DNA of 60,581 nucleotides, the filler included, from Sphacelaria rigidula (Eukaryota), in assembly GCA_964200075.2 (NCBI GenBank). It is 8 parts of 8 records of this genome, joined end to end, with 100 filler letters (N's around TTAATTAATTAA, not from the genome) between each part and the next. Parts side by side here need not be neighbours in the genome. Positions count along the whole stretch, not along the records: positions 22,759 to 30,243 come from CAXNAA020014706.1; positions 30,344 to 37,828 come from CAXNAA020014707.1; 6 more parts are not named here. One strand, 5' to 3'. The position numbers and the translations under genes are program-made. Each line of letters opens with the position of its first letter. Position 1 is the first letter of the stretch. The notes beneath the pieces were generated by a model. It worked only from the letters and a program-made list of their open reading frames with translations, did not search any database and was not told where the DNA came from. This document shows positions 25,572 through 37,767 of this stretch, piece by piece.

Positions 25572-26215
25572 TTATTGATCTATTACTCTTACTTGTTGTT
25601 AAGTTGATTATCTCGAACGATTTTGATCTCTCACTTGTTGACTCCCTTCCTCGTTGGCTCAAGCGCTATCAAGTGCTGCTGTATTTCGCTCAAACTGTAA
25701 CAAACGCTAATTGCGTGACCAATCCGTTGGCTCAAGCGCTATCCAATGCTGCTGTATTTTGCCTGGAGCTGGCTCAAGCGCTGTGAATACTGCTGTATAT
25801 TGCTCAAACTCGCTTTTTACTTCCCTGCTTTTCCCGGCTGCATTCAACCCGTTTCAAAATCGCTAGCGTAATTGATAAAGGGACTGTCCCGTAGAGAACG
25901 CGCTCTGGACAGGGGAACGTGTATATCTTCTTCTTGTCTTGAACTCTTGTAACTTTCACTCACCAAACATCAACTGTACAAGCTCCACCCGAGCTGCTTT
26001 GTCCACCCGAAATGCAATGACCACAATGTACCAAAAATACAACTGAGCATGGAAGGTAGGACTACATGCTGGGTTCCCTCATATGTCACACATCCAGTCA
26101 TAATACAATCCGTTGCCGTAGACGAAATCCGGTACCCATGATATGTCATCAATCTGCACCGCATGTACCCGAACTAATCCACGTACACATGTACTAATGT
26201 TCAGCTCGGCGATAT

Positions 26216-26500
26216 TCAATTACACGGACAAACCATAAGACTCACCACCTGATGACGTAGTGAGAGAAACAGCAGCGGAGGAACCACCATCCGCCGTTGA
26301 TTGCTTGCTACCGCAGCCGCCGCGCCCGCATCCCTGATTGGCACGGCCCCGTCCACCGTGACGACCGCCCCGAGATCCTGATAAATCTCGTGCACTACCC
26401 TGTACCGCGCCTTAAGCGCGAGGCTTGGGGCAGTCCTTGATAATATGTCCGGTGTCGCCGCAGTTGTAACACGCGCGAGCGGACGACTCTCGCGAAGACG

Positions 26501-26534
<34 letters not shown>

Positions 26535-27680
26535 GCGGCGCATACCACCTGCACCTGTCGCAGAGTCGCGCCAGCCACGTGCTTCAATGAACTTCTACTG
26601 GTCGGCCGCCTCAAATATTGTTTTCAACACCACCGTCGGGTTCTTTTTCCAGCCGTCAATATACGTTAGTACACTTTAAACATACGCCTTGAATTCCGGG
26701 GGCGAAATCCCGCCCACCAAAGCTATGGAAACTGACTCGGCCGGGCCTGACAACCAACTCCTGTCCTCCGCACGGTACATGGCTTGCACCATCAGATTTT
26801 CTGCATAAATCGTTCCACGTCTGAACTGACCATCATAGCACGATCCTTCACGGGCTTTCCACAGTTTTGCTTCATCGTAAGTACCCTACGCAGGTCTGCT
26901 GCAGCCCACGCAGCGTCATGCTTTCACCGGTTGTAGTATACCCGGCATGCTGCTTTACAGCATCAAGCAATTCATCGGGGGTCATAGCCCGACCGTCCTA
27001 GTACATATTTCCGAAGCAGCGGTGAATGTAAACAGGAATAAGTTGCCCTATGCTTACTCTCTCATGCCGTATAATTCCTTGTGAATTCGCGAGACTCCAA
27101 CGCTGTATGTATTCAAGATATCCTGCGAAAAAACCCGTGATGCCTCTTCTGTCCATACTTCACCATACTTTGGCCGATGTAGTGGCTCACCTATCACCAG
27201 CGGCGCTGCCGCCGCTGAGGCCATGTCGTCTATACTCTAAACATTTCATGGAGAGACTCTTGCCTGACTTGTGCGTCCTTCAGCTCGCGGAGCGTCCCCC
27301 TCTGTTGTGCGCTTCAAGTTGGCCTTCTCCTGTCTGCGGGCTGAACGGGCTTTAAGCTGCTGCCCAACTTTTCTCCTCAGCCAAGACTTCTCTGACAGAG
27401 TGCCGGAAGAATATCTAGATATCATAGCCTCTGCCAGACGATCTGGACAAGAGGACTATCCACGAGGGACTCCTCCAGTAGCACTGGCCTCGTGTTCGAC
27501 AAATCCTTTCTTCTCACTTGTTATTATCACGGAGTGATCCTCAACAGACCACATCAAGAGCCAGACAGCAAAGGGCCACGCAGATGAGGGTCATCAATCC
27601 AGGATCCCCTGTCCCCTACGACTGCTCCAATCGTGCATGCGATTATGCTGAAACCTACGGCTTGGTATCATTTGGCTACA
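26216..27680 (-). mobile_element. Truncated Ty3/Gypsy copy (5' LTR 27680-27423 plus decayed gag), same family as 54259-59670
   Basis: The reverse complement aligns with 54259-55690: LTR TGTAGCCAAATGATACCAAGCC..., gag block MTPDELLDAVKQH and the zinc-knuckle region. Confidence 0.9.
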
Positions 27681-28647
27681 GACCACAATTCGTCAATTAT
27701 CAGGCGAATCCTGAAAGGAGGCTCGACTTGTAGTACCTTTGACGGAAAACAAAAACATACACCATGACAAAGAAATCGGTCAGGCGGCGTTGTCCCAGAA
27801 TGGCGGAGATCAACTACGGTAGACTCGAATCAATTGTGCCAACGTCAACAACGCGACGTCCGGTATTGCATGTGTGTGCTATCACAGGGGGAGGCTTTGG
27901 TTTCCACGACTGGCGGTTCCGCTACCCACACCCCAGAACCATGATGCGCGGTGGGGTACCGCAACACACAAAAGGGCGCGCGGGGGGGAAGGGGGGAGGT
28001 GCGCATCTACTAATATCTCGGGTGCTCGCCCAGGTACAGGGGGGGCGTTCTGGTTCGGCACAAGGCAAATCAACAAAATGCTTACTACAGCATGAGCCGT
28101 CGAAACCAACTATTAACTACCACCAATATAATAGTGATCAGCGGGCACACAGTTTTCATGTGGCACAGTGGCGCATGCGATACCCTGTTCGAAAGCAGAG
28201 TTAACACACTGTAGTGAGACAGAGTAACGGTTGGCTACATGCATAAATCGGAAGTAGAACGCAGTTCCGGCCAGATCCACGCGTAGTCAGTAAACCAACG
28301 AAGTGCGTCACCATGGCACTCACGTGGATGTAAACAAGTGGGAACAGAACCGAACGGCAGCTACAGCAAATCGCTCAGCAGCTACAAGCAGTGTACCAAC
28401 GGAGGAGCAGATACGTATCATTCATACGCCAAGCGGGGGCAACGGACATCAGTCTCTACTACTATTGTACAGTGCAACTGAACCCAGAGTAAGCCGACGC
28501 CCACGACAATCAGAATAGCACAGGGACGCCTCACTAAATACAAGTAAAAAGATCAGAAAATAAAAAGCGAGTCACTGACTACAGCTGGAGCAGAAAAAAG
28601 CAATGTCAAGCAACACAGAGACCTCCTCACCAAGCAGAAGAAAGTCC

Positions 28648-29343
28648 GTTTATCGACGCCAATTATTGTAATGATGGGATAGCTAATGCACTGGCTGAGG
28701 TCTCTCAGTACGAGTACCAGGAGATATCATTGGTTCCAGCTAAGCCAAGCTCTCACGTAGGCACATCGTACGACCTATAGCTACCATCATGAATAATCAC
28801 ACAAAGGCTCATCTATATGTAGACTGCTGGTTAGGAACTCACGTGTTCGATAGCATCATGTTGTATCTACAAGTATCTCTCTTTCTCAGTACAGCCGCGG
28901 CGCAGCCATAGGAGCAGAGCGTAGTTAGTGATGGCCCGGTGTAGACCAAGGCAAAGCCAGTAAATGATCGAGGGGAGTCGGGGCGGCCTATCGTCGGCGC
29001 CAATTGTTGTAATGATGGGATAGCTAATGCACTGGCTGAGGTCTCTCAGTACGAGCACCAGGAGATATCGTTGGTTCCAGCTAAGCCAAGCTCTCACGTG
29101 GGCACATCGTACGACCTATAGCTACCATCATGAACAATCACACATGGGCTGATCTATATGTAGACTTCTGGTTAGGAACTCACGTGTTCGATAGCATCAT
29201 GGTATACCTACAAGCATCTCTCTTACTCAGTACAGCCGCGGCGCAGCCATAGGAGCAGAGCGTAGTGATGGCCCAGTGTAGACCAAGGCAAAGTCAGCAA
29301 CTGATCGAGGGGGGTCGGGGCGGCCTCTGGCCGCGCCCGGACA
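28648..29343 (-). mobile_element. Two tandem ~340-bp LTRs of a third LTR family, each followed by a tRNA-type PBS
   Basis: On the minus strand: TGT (29343) ... ACAACA (29005), AT, TGGCGCCGACG, then a second LTR copy (period 341 bp) ending ACAATA, AT, TGGCGTCGAT. Confidence 0.75.
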
Positions 29344-29644
29344 ACCCTAACTAATGACAGTAGTAAACGCGGTAACAACGCGTCACGGAACCGAGGGTCT
29401 ACGAGCAGACCCGCACAGCGTGATATCTCGCAATGCCTTCAAGCTTCATCACAGAGTTGCGATTGTACCTAATTTGATTTGATTTGATTGTCGAACTTTA
29501 ACTGACCTCCCAGGGGTCCAGCCGTGGTCTCATGATAGACGTACCCGGGAGAAACAAAACTGAAACACTCGCTGAAGGAAAAAAGAAACAGAAAAGAAAC
29601 AGTCGAACAGAACGACATAGTAGACTAAGCCGTGAAAATAAATA

Positions 29645-30007
29645 TCAGGAAAAAATCACGCGTCTTCCTCTTTGTTCTGCTCTCGTTTTTGGTCTGTTGC
29701 GCCTTCTAATTTTACGGGCAAGTTTTTGCTTCTGTTGCGAGTTTTCTTCGTCCCGTTTATGACGGCACTTGCCTTGCTGGTTGATCTCGCGGGGGGGGTA
29801 CAACCTTCCCATACCGCGTCGGCCGCTATCTCCAGTCCGCCGAATCTGATACTTACTCACGCGTGCCTCATCTCCATGAACGTGCTTTCCGTGACAGTGT
29901 CTTAATGCCGGGTAAAACGCTGCAGCTGCGGGGTTCAGTTTGGTTCCCATTCTAGGGTAGAACTCCAAAGCTGCAGGATTGAGCCTGGGCGTTGGCACCA
30001 TCGACAT
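29645..30007 (-). CDS. 120-aa ORF with two N-terminal PAM2-like motifs and a basic C-terminus, possibly truncated by a LINE-like insertion
   Basis: RLNPAALEFYP and KLNPAAAAFYP match the LNxxAxEFxP consensus. The ORF end coincides with the start of L-A similarity near 29650. Confidence 0.5.
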   Translation of the reverse strand: MSMVPTPRLNPAALEFYPRMGTKLNPAAAAFYPALRHCHGKHVHGDEARVSKYQIRRTGDSGRRGMGRLYPPREINQQGKCRHKRDEENSQQKQKLARKIRRRNRPKTRAEQRGRRVIFS

Positions 30008-31352
30008 GACCCACTACCTAGACTGTATGTTGCATCACCACTCACACGGCACGCAGGCAAGCCAGTAGGTCAACTTACCCTCCCTTACTCACTGGTTGTG
30101 TTATCGATGCGGGGTTTGTTAATCGTGTGAGTTCACTCATGGTAAATGTAAGATCCAGGATACTATAACGAGACTATCGGAGGAAAATGTGGCGGATTGA
30201 CCGATGGGAAGCGGTACTGGTGATTTCCAGAAATGGTACTGAGNNNNNNNNNNNNNNNNNNNNNNNNNNNNNNNNNNNNNNNNNNNNTTAATTAATTAAN
30301 NNNNNNNNNNNNNNNNNNNNNNNNNNNNNNNNNNNNNNNNNNNTCAAAAGGTGGGTCAAACGTCATGAAAGTGAGCAATCCGTGGGCCAAAAATCTGTTT
30401 GCCATAACATCCGGCCTCAGTTCGACTTTCTCTGTTCGTTCTTTTTCTTCAGCGAGTGTTTCAGATTTGTTTTTCTTGGGTACGTCTATCATGTGACCAC
30501 GGGTGGATCCCTGGGGGTCAGTTAAAGTGCGACAATCAATCAATCAATCAGTAGTTTGGAGAGGGTAACGGGGTACCTACAATAGATAACGAGGTATAAA
30601 ACCCGTGTGATCTCTCGCCCTCACCTCGTTTTTTCCAGGGCGTTCTCGGAATTTATCGAGCAAAGAATAAAAATTAGTGGATTAAAACATATATTATGGC
30701 AACTAATCTCGATTTTTTTGAGATCGCGATTTCTTCAAAATTGGAGGAAGTAAGATTCGGGAACTCAAAATCCGGGGGACAGTTTCATTGCACAGACAGT
30801 TTCACAGAGTTGTGAAACAGGTGTGTACACAGACGGTCATTTCCTGCATGAGTGCGGTACTGCGTACTCGTGCATGAAGCCGACGAGCAGGCAGGCGATG
30901 AATAATCCTTCGAGTACAGTGTCGTACCTTGGTACCCTAGGGTAATACAGTGCGGGACACTCCATCAGTACAGTGCATGATAACGCCGTGTGGTAGTACA
31001 TGATGGCACAGTTGGTATTGCGAGAACAGTGAACAAACAGTGCGCGAGAAGTTTTCAGCAGTGCAGGGTCATACATTACCCTGCAAGTACAGCAACAACA
31101 GACTAGGAGAGTACAGTACCGTTTGTTATAGTGATACATATGGCAGCGCAGCGCAGCATAAATATAAGCATCGCCGCAGGGTACGGCGTTTAGCACTTAT
31201 TATCCGCTTGTCAAACCCCTTGCAAAGCTGCTTCAGCAGCTGGCGCGGGAAGGCACGCCCTACGCTGTCACAAGACTGTCTTCTGCTGTGGTTTCAAAAG
31301 TATCAAACGCCTCGTACCTTACCATTGTACGTCAATGCACGTACGTTACCTC

Positions 31353-31452
31353 AAAAAAATCGGGGGCAGCCACGATTTCGGAACGATTTCCCCCGCTTTT
31401 CCGGAAAATCGGGGGAAACCGTTCTAAGATCGTGGCTGCCCCCGATTTTTTC
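31353..31452. repeat. ~100-bp near-perfect palindrome without a spacer
   Basis: aaaaaaatcgggggcagccacgatttcggaacgatttcccccgcttttcc|ggaaaatcgggggaaaccgttctaagatcgtggctgcccccgatttttt. Confidence 0.85.
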
Positions 31453-34094
31453 TTCCTCGATTTGGTCGAAATCGGGGTCCACAAAGAGCGTTCCCCCCAT
31501 TTTCCCCCCGATGCTCGGAAAAATTGAGATTGGTGACTGCCGTTAGATTTTCTCATCCACACATCTAAAGCCACAGCGAAGAAAATGACAAGATGATTCA
31601 ACACGGCAAGCCCCCTACCCTGAGGGATGGGAACAATTTGGCAGAGTTACAATTCCAGGTCTGAAAGTTGGGGATGAGATGTGGTCACGGTGATTCAGTG
31701 CAGTGTACGAACGCCGATTCAAACTGCGGTGTTTGTTGCGGTATCCTGACTGTTACGAGAGAGTAAACATCGCCACGGTCCTCAACTTTTTGAGAAAAAA
31801 TGGCGAAGTTGAACATCCAGAATTGCAGGTCAGGTGTGAGATAATGTCCATGCTCAAGGTGGTCTGTGCAGGAAACGAATGTTGAATCGAGACCGCGTTT
31901 TTTTCATCCTCGCGTTTTTGTTTGTTGTTGAATTTTGACCGCAACAAGATACACAACACTGCCGCCCCGCCGCAGTGGTCTACATGGTACTCCAATCGCC
32001 AGTATAGTAAGAGCAAAAAGTCGCGGGTTGGAATCCCAACACATGTGTTCTTGTTCACCACAATCTAGCTTTCGGGAGGTGAAAACGGGAGGATGTAAGC
32101 GTAGAAGAAACTTTGACGAGACTTCACGGTGTAGGACAGCTGATCAAGTCCTCAAACCCGGATGTATCCTCCATACAACGAGGCCACGCAGGCACTGGGG
32201 GCGCGGTGGGTTTGCGGGCTTTGCGTTCGGTGTGATATTAATGGTGGAAATAGGTACAGGTAGCGGTCAAGTGCTCATGATACGAGAAAACTCTCATGAA
32301 GAAAACGCTCGAGTACTCGAAGTGATCGTTTTCTTTCTTCCGACAACTTTTTCTCTACTCACAAGTTTTTCCCGGACCGTTAGCTTGAAACTCTGAGAAA
32401 GTTTTGCGGGTTCGTGTATCAACATGTCACTCCCGCGTAATACCCGCCATCATGTGGTTTGTGCGTGAAACAGCGGCCGCTGAATTGTCTGGTGTGTACT
32501 CGGAGAAGTGCCTTTCTTTACCATCTTGATATTCTCGGAGGATTATGATATTCTTCCAGAGGGTCCTGAAGTACCTTGGCGTTTTGTAATGACCCGCAGT
32601 GTAGTTGTTGGCCAGGCTACCAGCAGTTTCCTGGACAGTCAACGATCGAAAGAGAAAAAAAAAAACTCCAATTTCCTCTATTTTTCCGATACACCTCCGC
32701 GCACTCGTCTTGTTTTTGTTTATTGAGTGCCGGAAACTCTCAATCTATTCAAGGTCACACCATGTTCAACGGAAGACACGAAGAGTGTGCCAGATTGAGT
32801 TGATATGATTGGTTGATCGTCGCAATTTAAGTGTTCCCCCCAGGAGTCATGATCCAGCCGTGTTCATCACCCACATGATGGGCGCACCCCAGACAAAAAC
32901 AAAACTGAAACGCTCGCTGAAGAATGAAAAAAAAAGCCAGAATCCTCTCGAATAGCAAAGCAAGTCATTCCGAGGTAGCAGAATTGCCTAGTCCTCCTGT
33001 CCTCGGACGGAAAAGATCGCGGAACAGTCTACAGTGCACTTTTCCGACATAAATATATATATATATATATATATATCGGATCACGCGCACAGAGCTATCT
33101 TATCGTCGAACATGTGTATTAAGGAGATATTTGGCGAATGCAAGGTCTTGCTTGTTTAGGTATCGAAGCTGGGTACCTTCTTTTCTCACGGGGGGTGCTA
33201 TATCCTGTCACGTACAGTATTGTTCACATATGGTGGCGCCGTACGAGTGTTTTTATGGTCGAAGCTGCATGAAGACCCGCCAATATGTATTATCAAGGAG
33301 GCCGTCTGGTTGACGGCCACGCCCACGCTATTCTAGCAGCATATGTACGTGAGATGGGGCAGATCATCCGCCGGTCGGGCGTACTGACGATTATAGGGTA
33401 CTCTGAAGAGAATACCGTGGTCAAGTGTACAGACCACATGTAACCGAGGGCGCGTCCAAGCATACTTCGTTTCGATCGAAAAAAATGAGCAGTGGAATTG
33501 CTTTGAGCGAATCCGTCCATTTTTCGCGAGGTGGGTCCAAGCGAGTTTGCAAGCTTCCGACCGAGAAAAAAAAAAAAAATCATGAAGTGGTACTTATTCC
33601 CTTGTCTACAGTACAAACAGCACTGTACCATCTGCGCACAGTGCGTCTGGGTGTGTACGCGTGTTTCGTACGGGAGGATGTGAAGAAGAAGCGGGCAACC
33701 TACAGTACAGACAGCACAGGACTGTCTGTACTCTCTACATGTAATGCGCCGTGAAAAGGACTTGAACAAGGTGCACTTTTGTACTGCCTGCACTGTGCAT
33801 GAGCGTGTACGCATGTCGGTCGCCCACCCTACCGCGTATTTTTCGATCGAAAACGTGCGATGGAAAAGGAAAGATTTTTTTTCTGATAGGTCGTCATTTC
33901 CACTATCGTCATTTATTTTGTTCACATCTCGGCCTATCAGAGCGAAATTGTTATTTTACACCCCTCTTGTTCGATCCATGAATAATTTGCCAAGGCACGG
34001 CCTAACACACGCCCTGACGGTGAGAAGTATTCCTCACCCCGGACAATGGGAGACAGGATCTATCCCGATAGCAATGGCAATAGAATCCGCTGCA

Positions 34095-35170
34095 GTAGAT
34101 GCCAGTACTGTCGTCCGTAGTGGCTATCGATATACAAGTTTGTTTGTTTTTTGTCGTCGGCGATGTCTATCGATAGACCCCATGCCCACGATTTTGTCTA
34201 GACAGCAGTTAGTTGTGGGCCTACACCGAACACTATTGCCGCCGATCGATGGTATCGATCGATAGCTTCCCAAATGTATTGATGACGGCAATGGCTATAA
34301 ATAGACTGTGTACCAAATGTATTGATGACGGCGATGGCTATTGATAGATGGTGTATTAAATCTTTTGATGACAATCGCTGTTTATAGATGGCGTACAAAA
34401 TCTACTGATGGCGGCAACGAATATAGATAGATACATACCAGAAATCACTGTGGAATATGACGCCTACCGGTATTCTCTGTCGTCTATTGCCACGCCTACA
34501 TCGCAACATAGTATGTATAGAGCATATTATAAGCCGCAGGTGGAGATACGGTTGATATATGATTATACTATTTGCGAGTATATGACGTCACAAATCTACA
34601 ATTATGAAACGGTTGTATGTCGTAGGAATCCGCAATATGTGTCGAAACCGGACCCTACAGAACACAACCTTGGACGGTTCCACCTTGTTCCACACAACCT
34701 ATGGCCGGCTATAGCCTCAGGTGGTTGCATGTTCATGTGTGAGGGGTATTGCCGTTGGTGTCATAGGACCACTGCAGTGAGTAATATATGTATTAAAACC
34801 TATCTTTGGCGTCACTAGCCATCGATGAATGCTCCCTAGAACAATCCACCGTTGACGGCAATGACGATAATGATATATACGCCAAAATCCATTGTTGGCG
34901 GCAGAGGCTATCGATAGATTGTTCACCAAATCTATTGTTGACGGCAAAGGCTACCGAAAGACGGCTCACCAAGCCTTTTGATGACGGCAGTTGCTATCGA
35001 TAGATGGCTCACCTAATCTATGACGACAATTACTTGAGTGGGTGGCTCATCAAATCTATTCATTACGCAAAGGATATCGATGCATGCATCCCAGAATCTA
35101 TTGCGGGGTACGATGTCCATCGATGGCCAGTGATATTGATTTGTTGTAATTGTCATGGACTATTGATCGA
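34095..35170. repeat. Degenerate ~40-45-bp tandem repeats built on ctatcgatag / ctattgatgacggc, in two blocks
   Basis: Recurrent gctatcgatagat...ccaaatctattgatgacggca at about 34100-34430 and 34815-35170. Confidence 0.7.
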
Positions 35171-35177
35171 CTCTTAA

Positions 35178-35275
35178 CCCTTAGACGGCGAGATTAGTCC
35201 CTCTGGATCATGCATACTGTTTTTCACTCGAAATTGATGCCGATTCAACAGAAGACTAACCTCGCGGTCTAAGGG
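35178..35275. mobile_element. Complete 98-bp piggyBac-type MITE with TTAA duplication
   Basis: TTAA|CCCTTAGACGGCG ... CGCGGTCTAAGGG|TTAA. CCC/GGG ends and a TTAA target are piggyBac hallmarks. Confidence 0.88.
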
Positions 35276-35278
35276 TTA

Positions 35279-35723
35279 ACACGGGATCTCATAAATTGGG
35301 GATGAATCTTTTATTGGGGATGAGAAACCCGGAGAATTAAAATCTTCGTATCCACCCGAAATCTCCGAGAGATTGTTCCATTTCTTCACCTACTGATAGC
35401 TAGTGACAACTGCTACACGCCATAAGAATTTGGATTTCGATCACTGAAATGTTGGGGTTCTAGGTGAAAAAACAATTTTGGGGAATTCCGGGTGTCCGAA
35501 CGGACGCCATAACAGGTTCCGAAATTGTTTTTTTCACCTAGGACCTCCAATATTTCGGTGATCGAGATCCAAATTTCTATGGCGTGTAGCAGTTGTCAAT
35601 AGCTATCAGTAGGTGAAGAAATGGAACAATATTTCGGAGATTTTGTGTGGATACCAGGATTTTAATTCTCCGGGTTTCTCATCCCCAATAAAAGATCCAT
35701 CCCCAATTCGTAAGATCCCGTGT
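35279..35723. mobile_element. ~445-bp fold-back MITE with ~200-bp inverted arms. Second copy at 60035-60473
   Basis: acacgggatct ... agatcccgtgt. The arms are reverse complements around a short spacer containing gggtgtccgaacggac. Confidence 0.9.
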
Positions 35724-35805
35724 TTCTTGCAACATATTTTGCACTCTGCAATACACATCGATAGATGTGTTGCACCATCTATTGTGTTCGACAATATATT
35801 ACATA

Positions 35806-36173
35806 GCCGGTTGCCCCGGTGGCTCAGTTCGTAACTTCAAGACCTTCTGATGGGTGGGTCGTGGGTTAAACTCTCGGAGCGATCTGGGATTTTTTCTCAC
35901 ACCCATGCCCAACAGTGCAGAGCGACTATGTCGTGGGTACACAAAAGTCGACCCAGTGGTCGACGAGGGAAAGGGACTGCTGAACCTCTCACGCGATAAA
36001 AAAGAAAGGCAAACACCGCAGAAGGAAGGTGGGGTACTTACAACAAATAAAAAAGAAACAGCTCCTGTGTTGACCTTCCTCCTGTGTGACACCGGCTGGT
36101 GCGCCTACATGTACCGAAAGGTGTAGACCGGCGTCCAAAATAGATGGGACGACAACACACACAACACAACACA
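35806..36173 (+). mobile_element. Full-length tRNA-derived SINE, family A
   Basis: Head gccggttgccccggTGGCTCAGTTCG...GGGTTAAACTC, shared body and (ACACA)n tail. Confidence 0.85.
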
Positions 36174-37069
36174 ATATATGCCAATAGATTTTGCCCGGCG
36201 TCAATGGACTCTTACTGTGCCGATTGTTCAGAGTGTAAAGTATCCCACAATGCAAGCAATAGACTGTGCCGTGCTGTTTTATTGCATGTGTGCAGGGTCA
36301 ACAAAAACCTCAGCATACGATAACATCGGGTCAAAATGCAGGGTGATCTATTAATCGCTTGCCCGCCGCCACATGGATCTCATGTAGAAGCTAAAACTAG
36401 TTCGGCCAGCAGTACATTACACTCCGGGCCTTTGGTATTCATGTGGGAATCCGCGGTTGAGTTGGGATTATATACGTCTAGGGTCGGTATGTCTCGACTC
36501 GGAGTACCCGTGCACCCGCATCATGTTCAGATCGCTACATTTTTTTGCGTGCAAACCTAGACATTTCCATACCTTCCAGGTGATTAACTGAACTCTTGCA
36601 AAGAAGTTAGTTTACCACTTGGTAGGTATGGAACTTTATCGGAAATTTACGATTTCGAATAACTAACTCTAATCCTAACCCTAACTCTCACCCCAATGAA
36701 GGCATACCGAGAACCCTCGGACAAGGGGGGTGTAGAGTGTTCCCCAGGCAAAGTGTGCGTTGCGGGACATCACATCGCCGATTTAGACGAAAAAGCATTC
36801 TGCGCACGCGAGGAGTACAATCCCCATTAAAGATCCGGATTTCGCTGTCGACGACAAAACCAGGTGGGAAAGTTCCATTTTTGCAAGTCGTAAATTCTAC
36901 TGAGTGCAAAGTACAAACGTACTACGCATTTGCCTTCTCAACCCTTTCACGGCCAGCGTAGGCGATATTTTGAATCTACAGGTCGCTTACGTTCTTCATC
37001 TGTAAATGATGGCAATTCTACAGATCGCTGACGTACCCTAGTGGTCAAAGAGTGGGTCATCTGGGTCGT

Positions 37070-37435
37070 GCTGCAGTTTTTTTCTAAATGAAAGTGATGC
37101 CGATTCAGCTCGTGACGGATGCTCGTGGTCAAACGATCAAAAATAATATCAGCGTCACATTTGACTTAAGCGGTTCACTGTCAGAGTAGCCGATCTTTTG
37201 AACCGGCTCCCTTTTACTTATTTTCAACTGTAAACAATGCTGATTTAAAAGCCTTAGTCTGCGATGGGGGTAGTCCATCTGGATCACGCACATTTTTTTT
37301 TCAAGTGAAACCAATACCGTTTCAGCAGGTGCCATACGTACCCTCGCGGTCAAAGGGTTAACTTGACTCTGACGGTGAGAGTAGGTGTTCTGTTTAGCCG
37401 GCATCAATTCCACCTGAAAAAAAATATGCATGGTG
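37070..37435. mobile_element. Cluster of two to three piggyBac-type MITE copies or fragments
   Basis: Core tgatgccgattcagc at about 37095, gtagtccatctggatca...cgcggtcaaagggttaa at about 37250-37361, and an inverted core ggcatcaatt at about 37400. Confidence 0.7.
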
Positions 37436-37546
37436 TTATGGCAAACAAACAAAAGTCCTGTAAAAGTGCTTTTTTGGTCCTTCTTTGTTGTTGTAAGCCC
37501 TAAAAGAGAGCTAGGCGGAGTTTGACACCTTGGAATAACTTGCTCT

Positions 37547-37767
37547 AGTCGTTGAGACGGTTCCAGGACATCTTCGCGTTTTCCGGTGGCCCCAGCTTGT
37601 TTTTTACCAAACTTGCACTTTTGTCCAAAAACGGTCAAGAACGGTCAGATCTAGAAAACCACTTTTCTCTGGACTTGATTGTCTCTGGACAGGGATGCTT
37701 GTTTGGCCAAGATAGAAACTCCGGTCGCCGGAAAACGCGAAGATGTCCTGGAACCGTCTGAACGACT
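37547..37767. mobile_element. ~220-bp MITE with ~40-bp TIRs
   Basis: agtcgttgagacggttccaggacatcttcgcgttttccgg ... ccggaaaacgcgaagatgtcctggaaccgtctgaacgact. Confidence 0.8.
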
